A stretch of DNA of 63,715 nucleotides, filler included, from Albugo candida (GCA_040437565.1; 23 parts of 23 records of this genome joined end to end with filler, not necessarily neighbours in it), one strand, 5' to 3'. Counted from the first letter of the whole stretch, positions 1 through 12,334 are shown. Translations and numbers: made by a program. The notes: generated from the letters alone by a model not told the origin.

Positions 1-1
1 T

Positions 2-886
2 ACTAATAAGGGTAAATCTTCGGATAAAAGTGCTACTTCGGCTATTAGGTTTACGGCTAAAGCTTTTAGTGCTGTTACTAAAAATGCTGCTGCTGATTCT
101 AAAAAATCTAATGCTACTCCTAAAAAGAAATTGCCTCGTCAAGCTACTCCTAAGGCCAAGGAATGGGCTGTGCGTCTTTTTAACAAATCAAGTGAAGATT
201 CATCTTCTACTACTTCTGACTCTCCTCAAGGTTATACTTTTATTTACCTGCCAAGTAATAAAAGAACCTCTTATTCTGAATTACGTGATAGAATTAGACT
301 TTTAGGTATTAATCTTAATCGTGTATATTCTCTTGGTCGTCCTGCCAAACATGTGATTTCTTTATTGATCCATCAAGGTTACTCCGAGGAAGTTTTACAA
401 ATTTGTGAAAAAGCCGGTGTCAAACCTGTTACTAATTTTAGTCCCACAAGTGCTAAAACAATTGGGGATCCTCAACTTTTGCAGGAATTGAAGTCTGAAA
501 TTCAAAAAGAAGAAAAGGCTAAATCCCTTTACTATAACAACTTACTCCGTGCTACTGTCCAACTCCGTAACTCTAAATTAGGTTTAAGTATTTTAAAATA
601 TTTTTCCGCTTTAGAACAATCAGATAATCACTTTGTACCTGAAGTTTTAGTGACACAATATCTCAAGTTGCGTCCTGAATCTGTTGTTACTCACAAACAA
701 AGATCTTCAAAAACTTCCATTTTAGGTGGTTTTGATGCTACTTCTATTTTTGCTTCTCTGGTATCTGACACTGCTAATTCTCCACATGGTAATGCTGACT
801 CTTCTCTTGGTGCTGAACAAGAAGATAATCAGGTAACCCAACATGATGAAAACGCTGGTCCTGATGGTGAAATGCATGAGGATTGA
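2..886 (+). CDS. LINE (non-LTR) retrotransposon ORF1, 5' partial
   Basis: The frame is open from base 2 to TGA at 884-886. The segment GYTFIYLPS...LGINLNRVYSLGRPAKHVISLLIH resembles ORF1 of Mucorales L1-like elements. It overlaps an APE-RT ORF2. Confidence 0.75.
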   Translation, partial: TNKGKSSDKSATSAIRFTAKAFSAVTKNAAADSKKSNATPKKKLPRQATPKAKEWAVRLFNKSSEDSSSTTSDSPQGYTFIYLPSNKRTSYSELRDRIRLLGINLNRVYSLGRPAKHVISLLIHQGYSEEVLQICEKAGVKPVTNFSPTSAKTIGDPQLLQELKSEIQKEEKAKSLYYNNLLRATVQLRNSKLGLSILKYFSALEQSDNHFVPEVLVTQYLKLRPESVVTHKQRSSKTSILGGFDATSIFASLVSDTANSPHGNADSSLGAEQEDNQVTQHDENAGPDGEMHED

Positions 887-2838
887 GTTAACTTCGGTTA
901 ATAAAATCAACATTGCACTGCTTAATGTTTCTGGTATTGATACCTCACTTGATCTGGTAATCCAATACATTGAAACACACTCTATCGACATTTTACTACT
1001 AACGGAAACATTTTTGCTCAGGGGAAATTTATTTTCTAAATGGGCTCAAATTCACAATTATGCACTTGTTCATGGTAACGCTCACAAAGGTACAGGTGGA
1101 TTATCTTTTTTGATTCGTCCTGACTTTCCTTATCATGTTCATCCTCTACTCAACAACTCAACACATCAACTAAGTATTGTAATTGGTTCTACCATTACTC
1201 TACACGGTTTTTATCTTCCACCATCAATGCCTATCCCAGTATATCAAAGTCTTTTATCAGCAATCGACTTCGATTCAACCGATATAGTTCTGGCTCTGGG
1301 TGATTTCAACACTCGACTTGGATCGTTTACTGGCGACACTCGATCTACAAACCCTCGGTCTAATTTTTTTCTCAATTGGTTAACTGTCAATCAAGTTCAA
1401 CTATGGAATAAAATTCTAACACCTGGTCAAGTCACTTATGAATCTAATACTGGTAACAGTATTATTGATTTTTTTATTTCAAAAAGTAATGTTTTTTCTA
1501 CTACACCGGAATTGTCGATCGAAAGCGAAATTAATTTTAACTCTGATCATCACTTGTTAAAATTCAACGTAGCCGTAGATCTTCAACCTCCTCCACAACC
1601 TAGTTCTAGCCAACGTCGACGAATTTGGAAGCTTCAACGACTGAACGAAAAAGAAATTAACACGCTTTACAAACGACTTTTTTTCATCAATATTTTACCT
1701 CTCCACCAGGAACTCAAGTATTATATTCGAAATCAAGTGCAAAACCACCTACAACTCTACCAAGAAGGCTCAACAGTTGACGATTTCAACATTCATGTTC
1801 GAAAACAACAACTAGAAGAAAATATTAATATTAGTAATAATTTTAATTTTTCTGTCACTAATGAGTCACCTCAATCTTTTATTGATAAACTTGGAACTAA
1901 ATTAGAAGATGCTATCACCAACGCGTTGGACAATTCAGTTACAGTTGCTACACCACAACAAAAAGATTGGAAATTCTTTTGGAATTCAACTTTACAACAT
2001 ATGGCTGAACTGAGACAGGATGCATACCAGCAATGGCGGCGTTCTCGTCAAGGTAATACGTCTGTTGAAGTTATTGCTGAACACTGGAGTCATTATCAAG
2101 AATCTTCTTCTACTTTTAAAAAACAATTAAAAAAAGAAAAAAGATTTCATTGGAAAAAATTCTGCTCTGATATACAAGACAAGCCACACAACGACGTCTA
2201 TCCTATTCTGAAAAGAATTAAATCAAAACACAGTACGACTGTTAATTTTTCACATATTGATGGTCCTCAAGCTGCTGCTGATACTATGGCTGATCATTTG
2301 CGTAATGTTTATGGTGGTGATCAAGACGATCTTTCTTCGTGGCGATCCAGCCGTTTACCTCTTTACAAAAATGTTGCTACTCCTTCCTTCCTGACTCCTC
2401 GTGCTATTAAAAATGTTCTCAATTCTATGGCTACTAAAAAAGCTCCTGGTAAAGATCATATTACAAAAGAGATGCTAACAGCCATTTGGTATCCTCTATG
2501 TAATTTCTTATCAGACTTTTTTACTTTATGCTACACTTGGGCTTGGACTCCTGCTAATTATAGATCTGCTTTGGTGGTACCTATATTTAAAAAAGGTGAT
2601 CATTCTCTTGCTGCTAATTATCGACCAATTAGTTTGACTACTACTTTTAGGAAAATATTTGAACGATGTCTTCAACGACCATTGCTTCATAACATGCCTG
2701 CTTTAGATGTTGTTCAAGGTGGTTTTCGCTCTTCTCGTGGTTCTGTGGATCAAACCTTTAATCTACTTGCTTTACAACAACAATTTAAACAACTTTATGG
2801 TGAAAATGCTACTCTGTGTATGCTTGATCAAAAAGCTG
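843..2838 (+). mobile_element. LINE ORF2: AP endonuclease plus N-terminal part of reverse transcriptase (3' truncated)
   Basis: APE motifs LLNVSG, LLTETF, GDFN, IDFF, SDH. RT motifs KKAPGKDHI, VPIFKKGD, NYRPISL, QGGFR, MLDQKA. Confidence 0.95.
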
Positions 2839-2938
2839 NNNNNNNNNNNNNNNNNNNNNNNNNNNNNNNNNNNNNNNNNNNNTTAATTAATTAANNNNNN
2901 NNNNNNNNNNNNNNNNNNNNNNNNNNNNNNNNNNNNNN
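2839..2938. other. Artificial contig spacer (N44-TTAATTAATTAA-N44; stops in all six frames); first of 22 identical spacers
   Basis: The same 100-nt block recurs after every contig, and contig lengths fall monotonically from 2838 to 2573 nt. Confidence 0.99.
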
Positions 2939-3222
2939 CACAAAATTCCTTGAATTTGTTATAAAAATTGCCGGAAATTGAAACAAAAAAAATGTTGGTG
3001 TTAGGGGGTCGCACCATAAACGTATACGGTGATGGAGTATAATAGATAATCAAATTGGCTACAAAGTAATACAAAGCAGTCTGCAGTCAGCGTCGAGTTT
3101 TCGTAGAAAGAACCAATTTCTATCACTCGACCATGAAGTAGCTGAGCATGGAAAACTATATAATGTTATGAGTGCCAAGATAAAATCCTTGTTGAGTCAA
3201 ATCATTTTATTAAATTTTTGTA

Positions 3223-3969
3223 CTAAGACTCGAAACATTTGCATGTGGTGTAAACCCAAGTGAGTACATTTCTTCGGGTAATTTTCGGAAGTGGAGCCCG
3301 TGAGTATTGGCAAGCATCGAGCCAATGACCCATTTTGCGTCTGCATTTTGGTAATGGACAAATAGCACATATTGTTGTACTTACTGTGCAAAAAATAATT
3401 TTGGGCTGTAAGTGTGAAGGCTTCATGACCAGAATCATCGCTGAACTTGAATTTCGGTAAGTCGAGATTTCATTACATTTGTATCTCTGAGTGAATGAAC
3501 TGGGTAATGCTTTCGTTATCAATTTAAATGCCAAACTCGGGAACTGGCTGTGACCGTTTGCAACGTCAAAATAGACGGCTGCTTTGTTGGGCACGGCATT
3601 GTCACCGCAACATTCGATCTTAAAGGAATCTGCAGCGATGTATTCCTCAGTCATGGATTCCGCCGTGAAGTGAATTTCGTAAGCATTCTGTATATCGTTC
3701 TTTACAAGTTGAAATTCTAGAGGCATAAACATTTTCATTATCATTGCAGGTTTGCCAGCGGTAGAGATAATTATAGCTTTTCCTGGCATGGCATCCAAGG
3801 TACATTTAATCAGTTTATAGCTGAGAGATTCGTAAACATAACTTCCCCGTGTCTCTCCGGCTGTGAGTGAATTGAATTTACTTGTGTCCTCCATAGTCAG
3901 TGCAACTGATATATCTTCATTAGAATTTCCAAGTTTCTTTTGTACAATTGGTACCTTTATCGTCACCAT
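3223..3969 (-). CDS. Hypothetical protein (248 aa), no recognisable domain
   Basis: Longest ORF in its contig, with protein-like composition; no motif recognised. Confidence 0.35.
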   Translation of the reverse strand: MVTIKVPIVQKKLGNSNEDISVALTMEDTSKFNSLTAGETRGSYVYESLSYKLIKCTLDAMPGKAIIISTAGKPAMIMKMFMPLEFQLVKNDIQNAYEIHFTAESMTEEYIAADSFKIECCGDNAVPNKAAVYFDVANGHSQFPSLAFKLITKALPSSFTQRYKCNEISTYRNSSSAMILVMKPSHLQPKIIFCTVSTTICAICPLPKCRRKMGHWLDACQYSRAPLPKITRRNVLTWVYTTCKCFES

Positions 3970-6900
3970 ATTGTTTTACGACTTGTATTAAGGATCGACT
4001 GAGAGACGTAACCATGACGCATTCAAATGATGGAATGCCACATATAGCCAAACGAGTTTACTTGCACCCAGCATTGTCGAAGATGGTTAAATCGAAAATG
4101 AATTCCAACTGCTTCGGCTCTGCTACACCACACAATGTAAAAGTTGGACAGTAAAAAATTTTGGCAGCTGCATATCAGATAAACGGGAAAGTTCAATGAG
4201 TGATTGTATTTGCAGTCTAAACGAAAGTGCGAAGGATTAGGTACAAGCGATAATTGACCACTGCTTGTGCAGCAATGTTGTGCGATCGTATTGTTGACGC
4301 AGGCAATATTTGGGTAAACATTGAAAATAGAGTGCCGAAGGGAAGTCCACATATACATCTAAGGCTTGATTGTGGAATTGATTTTTATAGGAGCGGCAGA
4401 AGAATGGAGCGTCGCGTTAAGGTAAGTAAAACAGCTCCAGTCCAGTCCAAGATCTGATTCTGTACTATAATATACATAAGCAAAAATACATATTCGTGTA
4501 TATGATCTAAGATACTAGACACATGCAACCTAGTACTCGTTTAGTGCTGTTGCGCTCACCAGTTTATTGACAAGAATTAGATAGTCTCTTCAAAATCGTA
4601 CACCTACTTTTTTCTAAAACGAAATATGCGTGGCTCAATCATATATTAATGCTCTGGTGTTTTTTATACTTTTTAGCTCGAATTCTGCGTTCATTTGTAA
4701 TGAACTACGGATCTCCTTGAGCCACCTTCTCGTCTCAGTCAACGGCCAGGTGACTGCTATCCCTTGTACCTGGAAATAGACGACTACAGATACCGTTCAA
4801 AACCGACATGGTGATGATATTTTTCTGTATTCCACTCAGTGCCTGGCATGCCATGGAACGAATTAATGTTCACGCGCTCTTCCATTATCTTCAAGCACTC
4901 GGACAGATCTCTCTGAGAATATGGCTTTCCGAGAAAGGTCACTCGGGATCAAATCGTGCCAGGCATGACAACTGGTCTAACGCATCAATCTTGGGATGTA
5001 ATAATAATGCCCAACCTCACGTATACATGTAACCATGAGGCTGATTGCCATCTTGTAAGATCGTACAATGCATTGTTACCTAGCCTCTAGTACGATATGA
5101 TGCTCATATCATTCCTGTAGATATGTACTTGTCTTGTCGAAGTGTTAACGCACGAACTTGTTGACTCTAAAAAGACGTCGAAAATGTGATTTAGACGATA
5201 AAAATTAGTCCATAGAAAACAAATGATTCATATCAGAACGGCACCCTACTATCTAAATGATTGCAATACCAGAGCTTTTTTCCATTTGCGTATATTTTAA
5301 GCAAGTCTATACATAAAGAACCACTAGACTGACAACTCTGACTATTTATATGACTTCAGATAGAGTTCCCTACCAGCGCAGGATCTTGAATTCATAAAAC
5401 GTAATTGGTAAGTGTGTCACACGTCATGTGCAACGTTGGTAGTTGCCCGGAAGATAGAATATGTACATCAAGGAAATACTCATAATGGATGCAATTATCT
5501 TCGCTTTTCTTTTTAATTCAGAGACAAGAAGGATTCAAGCCTTTTAATATGAAGGGATGCATAAAGTGAAGGATGCAAATCATAACGTAAAAGATGACTC
5601 GGAGCTTATCATATAATGGGATCCATGGTCTTGTACATTTGATTTGTCGTTGCCAAATTACACAACCGGCCGAAAGTCAATGTATTTACGGCGTACATAT
5701 AGATGCCACAAGAAATAGAAAGCATGACCGAANNNNNNNNNNNNNNNNNNNNNNNNNNNNNNNNNNNNNNNNNNNNTTAATTAATTAANNNNNNNNNNNN
5801 NNNNNNNNNNNNNNNNNNNNNNNNNNNNNNNNTGCTGATCGAAGAAGTTTCTGATCGTGAAAGAAGTCTACCACAGAACAAGCGAGCGCGAGCGGATGTT
5901 TTCTGTAGCGACGAGCCCTTTGCGTGTTATGACGCGAAGCCATGCGCGTAATAATGAGCGGTGTTATGATAAAAGCTGCCACGTTTGACCGCTCACATGA
6001 AGATCGGCTATCGTCCTTCTCGAAAGAATGGGCCCTGAATGCGTCATGGCTCAAAAGACGAATCTTTATGGTGAGAGCGGTACAGTGCGTTTGGCAGTTA
6101 TCTGCGTGGCTGATGCGATTCGAAGGGTTTCCATAGCCAACAACTACAGCATGGATGAAGCTCGCCTCTTCTAATGCTCAACTCCGAGAGACAAATGACC
6201 GAAGGCAAAGGGAAGTCTAGGAAGGCGTAATTTGTTTCAAAGCAGAAGGATCTGTCAAAAGAGAACTATCATTATTAAATATGGAAATCACACCGCAGGC
6301 ATTAAAAAGTCGTTCAGCTTGGACTTTATTATGGGAGAAATCAGAAATGTTTCATCAGTGGATTACTCTTCGTGATTTGCACGACCACATGTAGTCTATT
6401 CTCCTCTGCAATGCATCAGCACATAGAGTATACAATATCGAACTAAGAAGTGTGACAATTGTGTTCCTTGCGCTTGACACATTATCAAAGATGCATCGAT
6501 TAAACACCGATGTCATCGCCTCAGATGTGAGCCGTCCCAGCTCCGACGGCTCGAACACTCACTTGATCTAAACGATCAAGGTCCTTACAGCAATTCTTTA
6601 CACGACATCAACCGTATCATTAATTTGTCATTACTTGTGATGAGCTACTACTGACCGAAATATACCGAAATATGGTGGACGAACGGTTCTCGTATAAAAC
6701 TAATATTTCTGTACGTACAGCAGCCCAGCTCGTTGACAGCTCTCGTCAGATACCTGTTGGCTAATAGCCTCGATTAGAAGCTTGCAGGAAAATATAACTT
6801 TGCATGTACATCTGATGAATAACGGAGAGGCTTATGCCCATGTTTGTTGTCGCCTGTCCTTCTGAATTGGAAAACAAGATAGTCTTTTATGTCCATGGTG

Positions 6901-8091
6901 TTTGACTATCCTTGTAAGCCCACCACGTTTTCATTATTCTACAAAATCACTGAATACTTCTTTTCTCATGGTAAAGTCTCATGGAGGGATACACATGCAC
7001 TAAGTTCAATCAGTATGTATGAATCTTTGCGTGCTTCAATTGGCACACAGAGCACTACGCTTATTTCTTTCATCAAAGACAGTTTTGGTTCTGTAGCATT
7101 CACGATGGGTCAGGCATCTTTTCTGCGAAGCGCTCGACCATCACCTTATGCCAGCCACACAGTTATCAACTCTCCTACCATGAAATAGCTGTTTTGGAGG
7201 AAAACTGAGTGCTGGTATATGTTGTTTTCTACATGTGGACATCATGAGCGGAACGTAGACAAGAAAAGATTATCGACGTGGTGATTAGTTTACTAGCTGT
7301 CCTGCTAGGTTCTCCTCAATCTATGAATATTGTCTTCCTGATGGTGTCAAGATGAATTTTCAGTGGCTCTGAAGCTAAAAAACCATTTTCATTTCTGTCT
7401 TCCGATATATTAGAATGGCCCCCCGTGGCTTCGGCAAATGCTATACTCAGCTTCATCATAATTTGAGGCGCGCTTTGTTTCTATTCATTGCTGCGACTGT
7501 GTTTAGCTTGTCGACATCAAGGCTTGAGATTCAGACCTAGCTACCAAATCAGCAGCTGAAACGTAATCATGCTCGACATAAAAAGAAGAGCAAGCTGCCC
7601 GTTATCCCCATTTCTGATCATAAGTTTTAAATGTGCACAAGCTAGGCATCTTGAACTTGTTGTACTTGTGCAATATTCGGGGGTGAGGATACTTCAGCAC
7701 GCAGACGACCAAGCCAAACATCCATTGGCCAATTTCTATTAACCGAAGAATCTTTTGGAAATGGAAGGGGCTCAACGGTCTTGCGGCAAACTGGAAATAT
7801 CCATGAGCCTTTGCACTTTGAAAAGCGAAGCAAACAGGAAGTATTGATATGTTACGGTGCACAAAACCGTCAATAACGTTGTCGCACCCACATATCATCT
7901 GACCTTATCTGTGTACTCGGGAAAGACACCGTGTGCGGCAGCGGCTCGGTTCAGCTTGCAGCAAACTATAAACCGAGATTCACTAAGCTATGCAACTCAT
8001 ACGCAGCATAAGGGTAGGTAGCGTCATACAAGTTCCAGAAAGAGTAATAACAGTTCAATTTAAATTCTTGCAGACAACGTAGCTTGATTTC

Positions 8092-8601
8092 TTACTTTTC
8101 CAAATATTCTGTCACTTCTTGGCAACTCTTTTTCTTCTTCTTGCCTGACGATTTTGGTTTTCCTGACCCATCCGTTGCATCTGCGTTGTATGCTGATACC
8201 TTACCCACCATTGACACCTCAGGTTTTTGCTTCGCTGGAGCTTTTTCAACATCCTTTTCCTTTGAGCTCGTGTTGTCATTAATTTTCTTGTGATTCGAGC
8301 CTCCACTTTCCGGTGGGTTGGACGTAGGCCCTCCACTTCCCGGTGGGTTCAACGTCGGTCCTCCACTTTTCGGCATGTTGTGATTCGACCCCCCACTTTT
8401 CGGCGTAGTGGGACTCGAGCCTCCATTTCCCGGCGTAGTGGGATTCGAGCCACCAATTCCCGGCGTAGTGGGATTCGAGCCTCCATTCCCCGGCGTAGTG
8501 GGATTCGAGCCTCCATTCCCCGGCGTAGTGGGAGTCGAGCCTCCATTCCCCGGCGTAGTGGGATTCGAGCCTCCATTCCCCGGCGTAGTGGGATTCGAGC
8601 C
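8092..8601 (-). CDS. Pro/Gly/Thr/Ser/Asn-rich repeat protein fragment (mucin- or cell-wall-like), 5' partial
   Basis: The minus frame is open from the contig end through (GNGGSNPTTP)n into MPKSGGPTLNPP...KKKKSCQEVTEYLEK. The TAA at 8092-8094 overlaps a possible GTAAG donor, so the gene may be spliced onward. Confidence 0.6.
   Translation of the reverse strand, partial: GSNPTTPGNGGSNPTTPGNGGSTPTTPGNGGSNPTTPGNGGSNPTTPGIGGSNPTTPGNGGSSPTTPKSGGSNHNMPKSGGPTLNPPGSGGPTSNPPESGGSNHKKINDNTSSKEKDVEKAPAKQKPEVSMVGKVSAYNADATDGSGKPKSSGKKKKKSCQEVTEYLEK
8290..8601. repeat. 30-bp tandem repeat (CGGCGTAGTGGGATTCGAGCCTCCATTCCC), about 10 copies, more diverged toward the left
   Basis: Direct inspection; near-identical units run into the contig end. 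Confidence 0.95.
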
Positions 8602-8701
8602 NNNNNNNNNNNNNNNNNNNNNNNNNNNNNNNNNNNNNNNNNNNNTTAATTAATTAANNNNNNNNNNNNNNNNNNNNNNNNNNNNNNNNNNNNNNNNNNN
8701 N

Positions 8702-10102
8702 GATAGCCTTGTAACCCTTGATTGTGCCAAGACCAGAAACTTCAGAAAAGCAATCCTTGAATTCTTGAATGATATCAGCTAAGTCCGCGACAATACCATC
8801 AGCGATATTATCACCAGTAATTTCAAGTTCCACCTTATTGTCTTCATCACCCATAGGGATCAATTCTTCTTCAGGTAACACAGTGCATTGTTGAGCGATA
8901 CCGACTTGATAGATTTCCTTTTCTTCTCGGCTATTGAAACGCCTAAACCTTTCATTAAGACCAACCGAATTGATACTTTGAGTAGAGTGAGTAGTAGTAC
9001 ATTGTAGTTTCACCATGCCAGTAGTAGTAGGAATACAAACAAGAGCCTTCTTAATATCCAAGGAAACATTATAATTATCAAACCAAGGAATACCAATAAG
9101 ACATGTGTTACCAGATCCACCAATTTGCACCGCCATATGTTCAGGACGAATATTGAGTTTACCATTTTTAGAAACAATAGCAATTGGAACATCCATAACC
9201 ATAGAAGAACTAGTAGGACCATGTTCAGAATTAAAACCCACCAGCTGCACCTTATCACCATTAGTAACCAGACCCAATTTAGAACACAATTCTTCACTAA
9301 TGAGACTTAAAGATGCACCAGTATCAAACACAGCTTCAACTTGCACATTGTTTATAGAAATTACACCGCGCAAGGGAGAACCAGATTTAATTTTCTTTAA
9401 ATCATAAGCATACCGGTAGACAGACTCTTCATCAGAAAACTCCAGATCAGTTTCAGTAATTTCAGAACCCAAAGACGAACTAATATCAGATGTAACAGAA
9501 GAATTCCCAGAAAATTCAGAATTTGCATCTCCATACGAAATCATAGAAGAACCTTCAGAATCGGAATTACTATCTACTTCAATATTCATAACTAAATTTT
9601 GATTTCCAGAATTTTGAATTTCAGTTACAGCCTTAGATTTTCTTTTAATTCTTGATTCCCTCAAAAAGCGAATACCATCAATTACTTCAGCAGCCGCTTC
9701 TTTATCTAAAGACAACCACTCCGCCATAGAAATATCAGAAGAAGTATTAACCAATTTAGACCAGATTTTCGATTTTTCAAATGAGACCGGAAAACGTCTA
9801 GCCTTCTTTCTTGGAGATTTCTTTTTAAGCTTGACCACCGGAGTTACAACAGGAATAACCTTCTTGGCCCTTTTAGTAGTACGGATCGCCGGTTCAATAG
9901 CATCACCTTGAGCTTCAACAGAAGGAACAGAAAGAATACGTTTCACCCCATTCATCAGAATTTCATTGACACCTTCTTCAGAAACCGAGTCTTCATCACT
10001 AATAACAGTATCCAAAAGATTTAGAGCTTGAGTACCTTCAGAATCACCATTTTGTTTTATTAGAGGATTTAATTTGTTTAAGGGAACATCAGCAGCCTCC
10101 AT
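8702..10102 (-). mobile_element. Ty3/gypsy pol N-terminus with aspartic protease (truncated before RT)
   Basis: AVFDTGASLSLIS protease motif and LIGIPWF. DIIQEFKDCFSEVSGLG is typical of the region just before gypsy RT. Confidence 0.9.
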
Positions 10103-10104
10103 AC

Positions 10105-11160
10105 CTACTGACGACCCATGTCTTTTCCCTGTCCTTGAGAAGAAGATCCAGCACCATTACCAATCGGCACCGAATTACTACCAGAAGCGGGAGAAGAACG
10201 TTCCTTAAATTCGGGACAATCATATTTCTTATGTCCAGGAGCCTTACAATTGAAACAGACGATACCACCAGTGCCATAATTATTACTAGCATTGTTATAA
10301 TAACCATTGTTCTTGGTATCATTAGAAGACTTGACCTTAGAGACCTCTTCACTTAGTTTCACCAAATTAATAGTCAACAAATCCAATTTTTGAGCCAACA
10401 CCGACATCACAGATTGATTATCCTCTTCAGAACCACGAGAAACAGTTTCACCTCTATTAACAATAGATTCAGTAATCACAACCTTTCCAGTAGAAATAGG
10501 ACCTTTAAATTTTTCACCTTGAGAAGAATTCTTTGAAACACCATATTTCTTGATGCTCTTTTCAATCAGTTTAGCCTTGGATTTAACCTCCTCAAAAGAT
10601 TCTGGAACACCTTCTTTTTCAATATGAAAAGCTATTTCAGGAAAGATAGCTGACAAAAACGTTCTAACTTGAAAAACGTGAGAAGTATTACCAAGAAGTT
10701 CAAAAAGTTCTTCCATCTTGAGAGCAATATCATCGATAGAGTCAGCCTTAGTCTGCTTGAGGTTTTGTAAATCAGACCACCATTGATCTTCTTGATCACC
10801 TAGATACTGTTTCTTGAATACTTCAACAAAATTAGACCAAGAATCAGCCTTAACACCTACAACATTGTACCATGTTTCAGCCTTTGAAACCAGATGATCA
10901 CCAACAACATATAAAATTTCTTCATCAGACATTTTAGTAGTAGTCTTGAGCCTTTCCATCTTCTTTAACCATAAGTAAGCTTCATTACCGACATCAACAC
11001 CTTCTTTGACCTCACCGTCAAAATCCTTAGGTTGACAAATACGCCAGTTTAAACGCTTGTTAGCCCTAGAGTCACCAGAAGCACCAGGAGAAATAGTAGA
11101 GTTAACAGAAGACATGTTTGAAATAGCAGCAAAAGTTTTCAAAGATGTAGAGAGAACCAA
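10105..11160 (-). mobile_element. Ty3/gypsy gag (retrotransposon gag domain plus CCHC knuckle)
   Basis: PKDFDG...AETWY...WSNFVEVFKKQY...LQNLKQ and knuckle CFNCKAPGHKKYDC. The true ATG is probably MSSVN at about 11115. Confidence 0.9.
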
Positions 11161-11231
11161 GTAGTTGTAAATAAAAGAGAAAATACCTTATTAAAGTATA
11201 AATAAAATTTAGTATCAAACAATCTTTATAT

Positions 11232-11458
11232 CTGGTAGGACGGAACCACTTGATAGATGCTTCCTTATATTTTATGTTTACCTTATTAAAGTATAGAGAG
11301 TAAATAGAGTAAACAGAATAGATAATATAATTAGAAGACTGTAAAGACTAATCAATTAAATATTCAATAAAGAGGGATTTAGGCAAGTAAGTCAGTAGAT
11401 AATATTAACTACTAAGAATTGAATGATAACTAAAAGTTAAGTTTACAATAATAAATTT
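11232..11458 (-). promoter_or_regulatory. 3' part of the 5' LTR (ends ...TATCA at 11251) and a tRNA-type primer binding site (TGGTTCCGTCCTACCAG, 11248-11232)
   Basis: The minus strand reads ...CTATCA AG TGG..., the canonical LTR end / 2 nt / TGG PBS arrangement, upstream of gag. Confidence 0.65.
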
Positions 11459-11560
11459 NNNNNNNNNNNNNNNNNNNNNNNNNNNNNNNNNNNNNNNNNN
11501 NNTTAATTAATTAANNNNNNNNNNNNNNNNNNNNNNNNNNNNNNNNNNNNNNNNNNNNGT

Positions 11561-12334
11561 GGCGACAAATATTATGATGGTGGAGGTTACAACCACGGGA
11601 AATTAAAACCCTTTTTTGCGATGATTGAAGTCAAAAATTCCACGATTACAGATCTGAAAGTACTCAACACTCCTGCACACGCGTTTATGCTCGCAGAATG
11701 TTATGATTCATATTTTGATAATTTCCAAGTCGACGACGCATATGGTGATGATACCAAGCATCGGGGTAAAAATACGGATGGAATTCACATCTTGCAATCG
11801 CAACGTATCACGATAACAAACGCCAAAATCCATAATCAAGATGACTGCGCATGTATAACATCGGGTGTAGATGTGAAAATCTCTGGCTTCAGTTGCAATG
11901 GTGGTGGTTTCTCGGTGGGGTCGATGGGTGGAAACACGGATAACACAGTCAAAAGAGTATCGTTCAGTAAATCAACTCTTGCAAACGGTTGGTATGGTTG
12001 TCTTATTAAGGCATGGCCCGGGAGAATAGCCGTGGTCGATCATGTCACGTTCGAAGGCATCATTCTAAGGGATGTGCGACAACAAGGTATTGCGGTCACG
12101 CAAGGTTATACGAACGCTGGTCTTTATTCTAAAGCTGGAAAAGGAGTTTCTATCACCAACGTACTCTTCAACAATATAGGTGGTAATGTCCTGGACGAAG
12201 GACAAAAAATGTTACTGAATTGTGCCGAACACGAATGTGGAAAGAATACCGTTGTATTTAAAAATATCGACATTAGCGGCGGTAAAAGAACCCTGATGAT
12301 AAGCTCACCTCCAATCGCTTTGACCAACTGGTAA
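11561..12334 (+). CDS. GH28 polygalacturonase-like protein, 5' partial, with non-canonical active-site motifs
   Basis: GDKYYDGGG...KLKPFF (compare WWDG..G..KPKFF), NTDG at 11771, NQDDC at 11834, SVGSMGG, IKAW and beta-helix periodicity. Confidence 0.88.
   Translation, partial: GDKYYDGGGYNHGKLKPFFAMIEVKNSTITDLKVLNTPAHAFMLAECYDSYFDNFQVDDAYGDDTKHRGKNTDGIHILQSQRITITNAKIHNQDDCACITSGVDVKISGFSCNGGGFSVGSMGGNTDNTVKRVSFSKSTLANGWYGCLIKAWPGRIAVVDHVTFEGIILRDVRQQGIAVTQGYTNAGLYSKAGKGVSITNVLFNNIGGNVLDEGQKMLLNCAEHECGKNTVVFKNIDISGGKRTLMISSPPIALTNW

Noticed and set aside
2883..2894. Regularly spaced TTAATTAATTAA palindromes, and ORFs ending in X...LIN
   Set aside because: These are artificial spacers; ORFs crossing them are artefacts.
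8290..8653. Arg-rich and GVVGFEPPFP ORFs over the 30-bp repeat; CRISPR-like look
   Set aside because: They are shadow frames of a stop-free repeat. The units are contiguous with no spacers and no cas genes are present.
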